This document shows positions 27,428 to 35,578 of a stretch of 64,000 nucleotides of DNA, piece after piece. How positions within the stretch are numbered: the first letter of the stretch is position 1; each line of letters starts with the position of its first letter. Origin of the DNA: an uncultured Clostridia bacterium (GTDB taxonomy: Bacteria; Bacillota; Clostridia; TANB77; CAG-508). The notes beneath the pieces were generated by a model, which worked only from the letters and a program-made list of their open reading frames with translations, was not told the DNA's origin and did no database searches. Position numbers and translations under genes: made by a program. The stretch spans positions 3,976 to 67,975 of the forward strand of contig CAMMZC010000003.1 of assembly GCA_946529215.1 (NCBI GenBank), written 5' to 3'.

Positions 27428-29746
27428 TTAAATTCTACTAGAATTGCAAGAAAAATATATAACTTGATATTTTTTCGTAAATTCTTGTAAAATTTCAAGT
27501 GCTTTTGAGGTTTTTGATTCATCTAAATTTACAAATGGGTCATCAAGCACAACAAATGGTGTTTCGCCACTAAACAAAGCATCTATTAAACTAAATCTCA
27601 TACAGATATAAATTAAGTCTTTGTATCCAGTGCTAAAAGTTTTTATTTCTTTTTGAGAACCATTTACTTCTATTTTTACATCTAAATTTGTATCAACAGA
27701 AGTTTTTAATTCTTTGGTATCAATCAAAGATAAATATTTATTAAATCCAATAACCATACTTTTTAGATAATTTGATGAAAAGTTTTCTTTTGATGTTTTT
27801 AAAAGTTCTTCTGTTTTGTTTAAAATTTTATATTTTTCTTCTAAATTGCTTATTTCTCCTTTTAAATTTTCTATATCACTTTCTAAATATTCACTTTCAT
27901 CAATTCTATTTTCTAAAACCTCTATTTGATTTTTTATTTGATTTTTTTCGTCATTTAGCATATCAATTTTGTTATTTAAAACATCTATTTTATGCTTGAT
28001 TTCTTCTTCAGAAGCGGATATTTCTTCTATATTTTTAAATTCCTCAACATTATTTTCTTTTTCATATTTTTCTTTTTTGTCAATTATATCTTTTAGTTGA
28101 TTTTTAGATTCTTCAAATTGATTTATTTTTATTTTCAAATCTTGTATTAGGTCTGTATATGATTTGTCTATACTTATATAATATGTTTTAAAGTCATCTT
28201 CTATTTCATTTTTTAATTTTTCAAGATTAATTTTTAAATTTTGTAAAGACACATCTTTTGATATTTTGTTTTTTAATAGTGTTTTATAATTACTGTATTC
28301 TGTTTTTAAACTAGTTAAATCTAAAATCTTATTTGAACTTTCTGCTGAATAATATTGTTTTAAGAAATTTTCTACATTATGGTTTATTTCTTCTTTTTTA
28401 TTTTGCATATCTTCTATTTCTTTTTGAAGATTTAAAATTTCTTTGCTCAAGCTAGAAATTTTACGTCTTTTGTTTTTAGATAAAAAACTGAATAAACCAA
28501 AAAGTATACCTGTAGAAATTAGACTTATTCCTGCTATTTTTTGTATATTTGTAATTATCAAACCACTGCCTATTATTATTAATAATAAAGATAATATTAT
28601 TGTAATTAACACCTTTTTACGTTTTTTATTAACTATGTCTAAATCATTTTGTTTTTGTTCTTTCTCTTTTTTCTTTGTATTGACTTTTTCTTCTATATCT
28701 TGTATTTGCGAATATTCAAAAATATTTTTATCTATTTCTTCTATTGAAATATTTCCATTTTTATATTTATTTTGCAGTACTTCTAATTCTTTTGCTTCTT
28801 CATCTGTTATTTTGCAATTTGATATTTCTAATTTTGTTTTTTCTATTTCATAATTTTTATTAGCTAGATTTTCTAAAAATGAATTTGTAGGAATCCCATT
28901 TGAGAAAAATTTTTCAAAATTTTTATATTCTTCTTGGTAAGAAGAATATTTAGTTAGTATTGAGTCATAAACTTCTTTTTTGGCTTTAACTCTATCTTGT
29001 TCAATCTTTTTTTTAAGTAGTTTTTGTTCCTCAATTCTTTGATTTTCTAAGGTATGTATTTCATTTATTTTTTCTTCTAATTGATTTTTTCTTGTTTCAA
29101 AATTTTCAATATCTATTTTGCTATTTTCAAATTTTCTTTGTAAATCATATAATTTAGTCTTTTTTTCGTCTATTAGTCCACCTTGTCCTCTATCTTTTTT
29201 ATATATTTTTTTTGCTTCATTGAGTTTCTTTAATGCTTCTTCTGATGTGTTTATATCATTATCACTTTCTAACATATTTGTAAGTTTAGCATTAATGCTG
29301 TCTTCCATCTCAATCTGTATTTGCCCTTGTGGTATGTATGTACTTCTTTCATAAGCACTTTTGTTTATTTTAAATATTTCTTCTCCGATATTTTCTGAAT
29401 AATCTTTGCTCTCCAAATTTGTTTCTAAATTATATAATTTAAATGTATCATCAGTAGCTTTTTTTCCAAATGTTCTTTCTATTCTATATTTTTTGCTATT
29501 TATTTCAAATTCAATACTTCCGCCATATATTCCTCCTTGCCATGGAATATATCTTTTTCTATCTGATTTTTCAAATCTTGCATTTGCTTGAGTATCTAAC
29601 CCATAAAACATAGATTTAATAAATGTTGCAAAAGTTGTTTTTCCAAATCCATTATCTTGTTTTATTGTATTTAATCCATCTTGAAAATCATAACTAAAAT
29701 CTTGCAATTTACCAAAATTTTGTATATGGCATTTTAATAATTTCAT
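27428..29746 (-). CDS. SMC/SbcC-like AAA ATPase (YhaN-like) with central TM hairpin
   Basis: 772 aa. N-terminal Walker A (NGFGKTT), a long K/E-rich coiled coil, and a C-terminal FSTGYKD / VVLDDPFVNLD (signature, Walker B, D-loop). Two hydrophobic helices sit in the middle (VLITIILSLLLIIIGSGLIIT, AGISLISTGILFGLFSFL). Confidence 0.8.
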   Translation of the reverse strand: MKLLKCHIQNFGKLQDFSYDFQDGLNTIKQDNGFGKTTFATFIKSMFYGLDTQANARFEKSDRKRYIPWQGGIYGGSIEFEINSKKYRIERTFGKKATDDTFKLYNLETNLESKDYSENIGEEIFKINKSAYERSTYIPQGQIQIEMEDSINAKLTNMLESDNDINTSEEALKKLNEAKKIYKKDRGQGGLIDEKKTKLYDLQRKFENSKIDIENFETRKNQLEEKINEIHTLENQRIEEQKLLKKKIEQDRVKAKKEVYDSILTKYSSYQEEYKNFEKFFSNGIPTNSFLENLANKNYEIEKTKLEISNCKITDEEAKELEVLQNKYKNGNISIEEIDKNIFEYSQIQDIEEKVNTKKKEKEQKQNDLDIVNKKRKKVLITIILSLLLIIIGSGLIITNIQKIAGISLISTGILFGLFSFLSKNKRRKISSLSKEILNLQKEIEDMQNKKEEINHNVENFLKQYYSAESSNKILDLTSLKTEYSNYKTLLKNKISKDVSLQNLKINLEKLKNEIEDDFKTYYISIDKSYTDLIQDLKIKINQFEESKNQLKDIIDKKEKYEKENNVEEFKNIEEISASEEEIKHKIDVLNNKIDMLNDEKNQIKNQIEVLENRIDESEYLESDIENLKGEISNLEEKYKILNKTEELLKTSKENFSSNYLKSMVIGFNKYLSLIDTKELKTSVDTNLDVKIEVNGSQKEIKTFSTGYKDLIYICMRFSLIDALFSGETPFVVLDDPFVNLDESKTSKALEILQEFTKKYQVIYFSCNSSRI

Positions 29747-29764
29747 GTTAATCCTCCATTTGTA

Positions 29765-30850
29765 TTATAATAAATCTTCTCCTGAAAGTGCTTTAATTCC
29801 AGTGCTTATAACTTTATTTTTTTCTTCCTCTGTTAAATCTTTTTGATCTAATACAAGCCTTATAAATTCACCTTTTAAAGAAATATCATTTTGAAATTTC
29901 ATATAATCTATTTTGATATTTGGCTTATCTTCGATTTTTAGAAAAAAGAAATCTGATTCAAATTTTTTTGTTAAATAATCTATATCTCTTTCTTCTCCTA
30001 TCTCAATATCTCCGCCTAAAACTAATTTTACTAAGCTTGTTCCAGGAATACCCTTTAATTTTTCTGCTATGGATTGTTCAATTTCGTTATTTTCCTTTAA
30101 TCCTGTTAAGTCTGCATGAACTTCATATAATGTTCTATACGAAAAAGGTATAAACTCAGTTTTTATCTTATTATCTTCTATATTTAGTAGCACGAATCCC
30201 TTTTCTCCACATTCATCAAATCCTCTTCCTTCTAGACAACCAGAATAACAATATACTCCCCTATTGTCTAATTTTTCTTTTTTGTATGAATGAATATGTC
30301 CTAATGCAAGATAATCTATATTTTTGTTTTTAAGCTCTTTTAAATTTATTATCTCAGCTTTATCTTTTATAGATGTTTCTGACTCTTGACCATGCATAAC
30401 AACTATGTTTAACTTATTTTTTTCTAGAAATAAAGAATTATATATTTCATAATTTGGAGTATTTCCAAACTCTATTCCAGAAATTGTTATATTGCCATAT
30501 TCATAAGTTTGCCAATTATTTCTGTTAAATGTTTTTAAATTTGATGGTAATTCTTCATCTTCATCTATAAATCCGGCTTCATCATGATTTCCTTTTAAAT
30601 AGACAAAATCTATTTCAGGATTAGATATAATAGCATTTTTAACAGTCTTTTTAGCTTTAACAGTAACTGCTTTTTTATCAAATAAATCTCCTGCAATTAT
30701 TATTATTTTAACATCATTTTCTTTTGCATATTGTACCATTCTATCGAATGTAAGCAAAATTTCATTTTTTCTTTCTCTTGCTTTTTCTTTATCTAAGTTT
30801 GTTTCCATTTTAGAATCAAGATGTAAATCACTACAATGAATTATTTTCAT
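29765..30850 (-). CDS. SbcD/Mre11-family metallophosphoesterase (YhaO-like)
   Basis: MKIIHCSDLHLD, IIAGDLFD, GNHD, MHGQ and GHIH calcineurin-like phosphoesterase motifs. The ORF is open to 30880, but the ATG at 30850 matches the family start and has a GGAAAGGAA RBS. Confidence 0.85.
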   Translation of the reverse strand: MKIIHCSDLHLDSKMETNLDKEKARERKNEILLTFDRMVQYAKENDVKIIIIAGDLFDKKAVTVKAKKTVKNAIISNPEIDFVYLKGNHDEAGFIDEDEELPSNLKTFNRNNWQTYEYGNITISGIEFGNTPNYEIYNSLFLEKNKLNIVVMHGQESETSIKDKAEIINLKELKNKNIDYLALGHIHSYKKEKLDNRGVYCYSGCLEGRGFDECGEKGFVLLNIEDNKIKTEFIPFSYRTLYEVHADLTGLKENNEIEQSIAEKLKGIPGTSLVKLVLGGDIEIGEERDIDYLTKKFESDFFFLKIEDKPNIKIDYMKFQNDISLKGEFIRLVLDQKDLTEEEKNKVISTGIKALSGEDLL

Positions 30851-31047
30851 ATTTACTGACATTCCTTTCCTGCAAGGCACAAAATTTGATTAAAATAACT
30901 GCTTTTTCAGTTATTTTCAAACTTGCCTTGCTTTTCTAGAAGTTGACTAAAAGAAATTCTGCCCAATTTCTTTTTCAAAATATATCCTAACAAAAAAACA
31001 AAAAAATGTCAATAGTTTTTCGAACATTTTTTTGTTTTCTTTTTTTA

Positions 31048-31123
31048 TGGTGCCACCAAGCAGAATCGAACTGCTGGCCTACGGGTTACGAATCCGTCGC
31101 TCTACCAACTGAGCTATAGTGGC
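31048..31123 (-). tRNA. tRNA-Thr (CGT)
   Basis: Reverse complement GCCACTA TA GCTC AGTTGGTA GAGC G ACGGA TTCGTAA CCCGT AGGCC AGCAG TTCGATT CTGCT TGGTGGC ACCA. Clean cloverleaf with a single A31.C39 mismatch. Anticodon CGT. CCA encoded. Confidence 0.9.
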
Positions 31124-31300
31124 AAATACAATTTATATTATAGTAGTTAACTTTCAAAATGTCAATAAATATTTTAAATTTAATACCACTTCCTATTTAC
31201 AATAAACTAAATGCACTCTACATTAACATTTACATTTTCACTTAGGTTTTATTATTTAAAAGGAAGTACTACTGAAAAAATTTAGTACTTCCTTAAAACA

Positions 31301-33427
31301 TTACAAATGCAAAACCCTTGCCTTTATCTCTTTAGTCTTCCCTACATTCCAAAAATTCTCTCCCAAGTATCCACAAGTGCGACGTACAACTGTAAGTTTG
31401 CTATGGTCTTTGTTTCCGCAATTTGGGCATTCCCATTCTAAGTCTTTATTTATTTTAATTTCTCCATCAAATCCACATACATGACAATAATCAGATTTTG
31501 TATTTACTTCTGCATATTGAATATTCTCATATATGTATTTAATTAATGTTTCTAGTGCTGGAATGTTGTTTTTCATATTTGGAATTTCTACATAAGAAAT
31601 TGCTCCACCACCAGATAATTGTTGAAATTCTGATTCAAATTTAAGCTTTTCAAATGCGTCTATTTTTTCTCTAACATCTACGTGATAAGAATTTGTGTAA
31701 TATCCTTTATCTGTTACATCTTCTATAGTTCCAAATCTTTCTTTATCTATTTTTGCAAATCTATAGCACAAGCTTTCTGCAGGTGTGCCATACAAAGAAA
31801 ATCCTATATTTGTTTCTTTTCTCCATTTTAAAGTTTTATCTTTCATGTATTGCATTACTTTTATTGCAAAATCGTGTCCTTCAGGTGCTGTGTGTGGAAC
31901 TCCTTTCATTAATTTTGTCATTTCATATATTCCTATATATCCAAGAGAAATTGTTGAATATCCTCCATAAAGTAATTTATCTATTTTTTCTCCTTGCTCT
32001 AATCTTGCAATTGCTCCATATCTCCAATGAATTGGGCTAATATCTGCAGATGTTCCAACTAATGCATAATGTCTACACATTAATGCTTCTTTACATAGTT
32101 CTAATCTTTCATCTAGTAGCTCCCAAAATTTCTTTTCGTCTCCTTCTGCAACAATTGCAACTTGTGGCAAATTAATGCTTACTACCCCTTGATTAAATCT
32201 ACCTTCAAATTTGTAGTTTCCATTTTCATCTTTCCATGGAATAAGGAAACTTCTACATCCCATTGGGCTAAATACATTTCCTTCATAATTTTCTCTCATT
32301 TTTTTAGCAGAAATATAATCCGGATACATTCTTTTTGCAGAGCATTCTACAGCAAGTTTTGTTAAATAATCATATTTTCCACCTGTTAAATTATTACATT
32401 CATCTAAAACATAAACTAATTTCGGAAATGCTGGTGTAACATAAACTCCTGCACTATTTTTAATTCCTTGTAACCTTTGACGTAATACTTCTTCTATTAT
32501 CATTGCATTTTCTTCGATGTATTCGTCATTAGGGTCAATGTGCAAAAATAGTGTAACAAATGGAGCTTGACCATTTGTAGTCATTAATGTGTTTATTTGA
32601 TATTGAATTGTTTGCACTCCCGCTGCTAATTCTGTTTTTAGCCTTTTTGAGACTAATTTTTCTATTATTTTTTTATCAAAATTTTCACCTAGTTCTTCTA
32701 TTACTTCTTTTTTAAATTTTTCCTTACTTTTTCTTAAATATTTGCCAAGGTGAATCATATCTATAGATTGTCCGCCATATTGATTACTTGCAACTGTTGC
32801 TATAATTTGAGAAGTTACAATGCATGCAACTTGAAAGCTCTTTGGAGAATCTATCATTTTGCCATTCATAACAGTTCCATTGTCTAACATATCACCTATA
32901 TTTATTAAACAACAATTAAATATTGGTTGTATAAAATAATCTGCATCATGAAAATGCAAAATTCCGTCTTCCCATGCTTTTATTATTTTTTCTGGAAGTA
33001 AAATTCTTTTTGATAAATCCTTTGAAACTTCTCCTGCAATTAAATCTCTTTGTGTAGAAGCAATTAATGCATTTTTGTTTGAATTTTCTTCCATTACATC
33101 TTTATTATTTCTTCTTATTAAACCTAAAATTGATTCATCTGTAGTATTACTTTTTCTAACCAATGCTCTTGTATATCTATATACTATGTATTTTTTTGCA
33201 AGCTCATATTTTCCAAGTTCCATCAATTTTGCTTCTATTATATCTTGAATATCTTCAACTAAAATTCTCTTTTTGCCTAATTCTTCTATATATTCTGTTA
33301 TTGTTTTTATATCTTCTGTTGATGCCTTTTCTTTTTTGGTAACTTCTGTATTTGCCTTTTCTATGGCAATTTTTATTTTACTTTTGTCGTAATCTACGAC
33401 TCTTCCATCTCTTTTTATTACTTTCAT
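31301..33427 (-). CDS. nrdD: Anaerobic ribonucleoside-triphosphate reductase
   Basis: ATP-cone at the N-terminus (MKVIKRDGRVVDYDKSKIKIAIEKA), Zn ribbon CHVCGF..CPNCG, and glycyl-radical motif RRTCGYLG at the C-terminus. The ORF-track extension to 33544 runs through a palindromic repeat and is rejected. No nrdG is adjacent. Confidence 0.93.
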   Translation of the reverse strand: MKVIKRDGRVVDYDKSKIKIAIEKANTEVTKKEKASTEDIKTITEYIEELGKKRILVEDIQDIIEAKLMELGKYELAKKYIVYRYTRALVRKSNTTDESILGLIRRNNKDVMEENSNKNALIASTQRDLIAGEVSKDLSKRILLPEKIIKAWEDGILHFHDADYFIQPIFNCCLINIGDMLDNGTVMNGKMIDSPKSFQVACIVTSQIIATVASNQYGGQSIDMIHLGKYLRKSKEKFKKEVIEELGENFDKKIIEKLVSKRLKTELAAGVQTIQYQINTLMTTNGQAPFVTLFLHIDPNDEYIEENAMIIEEVLRQRLQGIKNSAGVYVTPAFPKLVYVLDECNNLTGGKYDYLTKLAVECSAKRMYPDYISAKKMRENYEGNVFSPMGCRSFLIPWKDENGNYKFEGRFNQGVVSINLPQVAIVAEGDEKKFWELLDERLELCKEALMCRHYALVGTSADISPIHWRYGAIARLEQGEKIDKLLYGGYSTISLGYIGIYEMTKLMKGVPHTAPEGHDFAIKVMQYMKDKTLKWRKETNIGFSLYGTPAESLCYRFAKIDKERFGTIEDVTDKGYYTNSYHVDVREKIDAFEKLKFESEFQQLSGGGAISYVEIPNMKNNIPALETLIKYIYENIQYAEVNTKSDYCHVCGFDGEIKINKDLEWECPNCGNKDHSKLTVVRRTCGYLGENFWNVGKTKEIKARVLHL

Positions 33428-33453
33428 TTCTTTCCCTTTCTCACTAGTATTTT

Positions 33454-33655
33454 CGTTACAATTCACAACCGAAAATATTTTTTTATAAAAGTTAATATAT
33501 AAATTATTTGTAATTAAATGTGGGGACCGTTCAATGATTTCCAAAAGTTTGAAAAACTTTTGATGAAATCATTAGAATGGGGATAATGTAAAATAATTTA
33601 TATATTAACTTTAACCCGTACAACAATTAGCTGAAAATTGTAACGTATTTTTTAA
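33454..33655. repeat. Nested palindromic element in the nrdD leader (interrupted copy of the 43776..43863 element)
   Basis: Outer inverted repeat CGTTACAATT (33454-63) / AATTGTAACG (33646-55). A perfect 22-bp inverted repeat AAAGTTAATATATAAATTATTT (33488-509) / AAATAATTTATATATTAACTTT (33591-612). Central hairpin AATGATTTCCAAAAGTTT / AAACTTTTGatGAAATCATT (33533-73), flanked by direct ATG(T)GGGGA repeats. Confidence 0.75.
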
Positions 33656-33656
33656 A

Positions 33657-33665
33657 ATTATATCA
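33657..33665 (-). promoter_or_regulatory. Extended -10 promoter candidate for nrdD
   Basis: Minus strand reads TGATATAAT (TGnTATAAT), immediately upstream of the palindromic element. The whole ~220-nt element would then be the nrdD 5' UTR. Confidence 0.35.
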
Positions 33666-33684
33666 ATAATTATTAAAAAATCTG

Positions 33685-33713
33685 TTGCTATTGCAACAAA
33701 TATATGCTATAGT
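33685..33713 (+). promoter_or_regulatory. Promoter candidate for the crp/fnr gene, overlapped by a 14-bp palindrome
   Basis: TTGCTA (33685-90), a 17-nt spacer, then TATAGT (33708-13). The palindrome GTTGC-TATT-GCAAC (33684-97) overlaps the -35 and may be an operator. Confidence 0.4.
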
Positions 33714-33780
33714 TATATATATCAAAATAAGAAAAATTTTAAAATATATCCAACAAAAAAATTAATAGAGGTGTAACAAA

Positions 33781-34413
33781 ATGCAATCTGAAGAAGAAAT
33801 TTCAAATTTTCTAAAATCCATTGAAACTAGATGCTATAAGACAACTAAGCACTCATTTTTAAAAGGAGAAACAATAACAACATATCTTGAAAAACGTAAT
33901 CAACTATGCATTCTTCTAAATGGAGAGGCAGATTTAATTAGATATGATTTTAATGGTAATAAAACAATAATTGGACAATTTTCTAATAATAGTATTTTCG
34001 GAGAAGCCCTTTATCCCGCAAATACAAATAACGAACTTTTTGTGCTTGCAAAAACAAATTGTGAAGTATTATTTTTTTCTTATGATAATCTTTGGACTAA
34101 ATGCAGGCAAAATTGCTCATTTCATAAAGAATTTTCCGAGCAAATAAATAAACTAATTATTAGCCAAGTAGTTGAACTTAACACTAGAATTGAGCTTCTT
34201 ACTAAAAAAAATATAAGAGACAAACTTTTATCATATTTTGATATTTTGTCTAGTAAAAAATTAAGTAAAACTATATCTATTCCTTTTACTTTTACAGATT
34301 TAGCAGATTATTTGAGTGTAGATAGAAGTGCTATGACTCGTGAGCTTTCTCATCTTATTGAAGAAGGCTTTATAGAGAAAAAGGGAAAGAAAATTAAATT
34401 ACTATATAATTAA
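33781..34413 (+). CDS. Crp/Fnr-family transcriptional regulator
   Basis: 210 aa. N-terminal cNMP-binding-like beta-roll (GETITTY...LCILLNGEADLIRYDFNGNK). C-terminal HTH (FTDLADYLSVDRSAMTRELSHLIEEGFI). No N-terminal Cys cluster of true FNR. Confidence 0.85.
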   Translation: MQSEEEISNFLKSIETRCYKTTKHSFLKGETITTYLEKRNQLCILLNGEADLIRYDFNGNKTIIGQFSNNSIFGEALYPANTNNELFVLAKTNCEVLFFSYDNLWTKCRQNCSFHKEFSEQINKLIISQVVELNTRIELLTKKNIRDKLLSYFDILSSKKLSKTISIPFTFTDLADYLSVDRSAMTRELSHLIEEGFIEKKGKKIKLLYN

Positions 34414-34423
34414 AAAGCAGACA

Positions 34424-35401
34424 TTATACATCTGCTTTTTTACTTTCTTCTATTTCTTTTTGAAAATTATTATAAGCTTCATTCCAAGCCTCAAAACTTT
34501 TGTCTTCTCTATGATCTGGAAGATCATTGTTATTTTTCAAATACTCACCAAGATAACTTGTTACTTTTAAAGCACCTGTGTAATTTAAATGCTCTCCCCT
34601 TTTTTCTTGACAATCTTTTTTCCAATTAATTTTTAATTCATCAACCTTTAAATTTAAGTCAATATATTCTATTCCTAATTTTTTTGCGATTTTTTCTATT
34701 CCATTGTGTTTATCATAATTCCAATTTGCAGGTGATGGTGAATTATACAGCATAAATTTTGCATCATTTTTTTTACATAAATCTTTAATTTCTTTTAAAT
34801 GTTTTATATTATCACTAGGTACTTTTTTAGAAACTTCATTTTCCTTCATGAAGTTATCTCTTTTGCTCTTCTTTACTTTATTGGTCTTAGTGCTAAATCT
34901 ATATCCTTTATCATTTACTATTTCTGTATATTCAGGTGTTTTATAAAAATCCTCTTTGGTTAAATTTTTCCATCTATCATGAAATTCCAAAACTGGAAAA
35001 TATTTATCAACATATTCTTTTAAATGGCGCACATATCCATTTTTAGTATATAAAGCATTTGCTTCTAAAATAACAATTTTAGGCTTTTGTCTTTTAAAAG
35101 CTACATTTAAATAATAGTAACTATTAGAAATACGCTGTGCAGGTGTCCCACAAACATAAGAAGTAAATCCATATTGATTCCATAGTTCTAGAGGTATATA
35201 TGAATTATATGATTCACTATCTCCAAGTACTATAACATCTATAGTATTTTCTGGCTCAGTATAAATTCCTGTTACAAGTTGTTTTCTTTTTCCTATTCCA
35301 GCTTCTAAAGTATTGTTTTTTGGTACAAATATTTTTGAAAGTAAAGCTAAAATTATAAAAAATATGCCTACAAAAACAATACATTTTATTGTCCTTTTCA
35401 T
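34424..35401 (-). CDS. Membrane-anchored SGNH/DltD-like acyltransfer accessory protein
   Basis: 325 aa with an N-terminal TM anchor (IKCIVFVGIFFIILALL). VIVLGDSESYN (block-I-like GDS) and GEHLNYTGA (DxxH-like block V). It lies directly downstream of the MBOAT gene, as DltD/AlgJ-type partners do. Confidence 0.65.
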   Translation of the reverse strand: MKRTIKCIVFVGIFFIILALLSKIFVPKNNTLEAGIGKRKQLVTGIYTEPENTIDVIVLGDSESYNSYIPLELWNQYGFTSYVCGTPAQRISNSYYYLNVAFKRQKPKIVILEANALYTKNGYVRHLKEYVDKYFPVLEFHDRWKNLTKEDFYKTPEYTEIVNDKGYRFSTKTNKVKKSKRDNFMKENEVSKKVPSDNIKHLKEIKDLCKKNDAKFMLYNSPSPANWNYDKHNGIEKIAKKLGIEYIDLNLKVDELKINWKKDCQEKRGEHLNYTGALKVTSYLGEYLKNNNDLPDHREDKSFEAWNEAYNNFQKEIEESKKADV

Positions 35402-35448
35402 TTTACATCTCTCTTTCTATTAAAATACTTTTTATTATTGGCATTTTA

Positions 35449-35571
35449 GTGTATATTTTAATAATGCGCGTAAGCAACCAAACGAGCATAGCGGGTGCGA
35501 TTGGATCAACTTACAAACAAGTCATTTAGAATATGGAAGTTGCGACACACAATCATTATAAAAATATACAC
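35449..35571. repeat. 123-bp imperfect palindromic intergenic element
   Basis: Left arm GTGTATATTTTAATAATGCGCGTAAGCAACC and right arm GGAAGTTGCGACACACAATCATTATAAAAATATACAC are reverse complements with a few mismatches. The relatively GC-rich core sits between the MBOAT and SGNH genes. Confidence 0.65.
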
Positions 35572-35578
35572 AAAAAAA

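Noticed and set aside
33428-33544. 39-codon N-terminal extension of the nrdD ORF in the ORF track
   Set aside because: The ATP-cone starts at the Met at 33427, which has its own purine-rich RBS. The extension is read through the palindromic repeat of the leader and has no protein-like character.
33485-33615. NrdR boxes or a cobalamin riboswitch upstream of nrdD
   Set aside because: The AT-rich 22-mers are inverted copies of each other, not the self-palindromic acaCwAtATaTwGtgt box. No B12-box (GCCACTG-like) core is visible.
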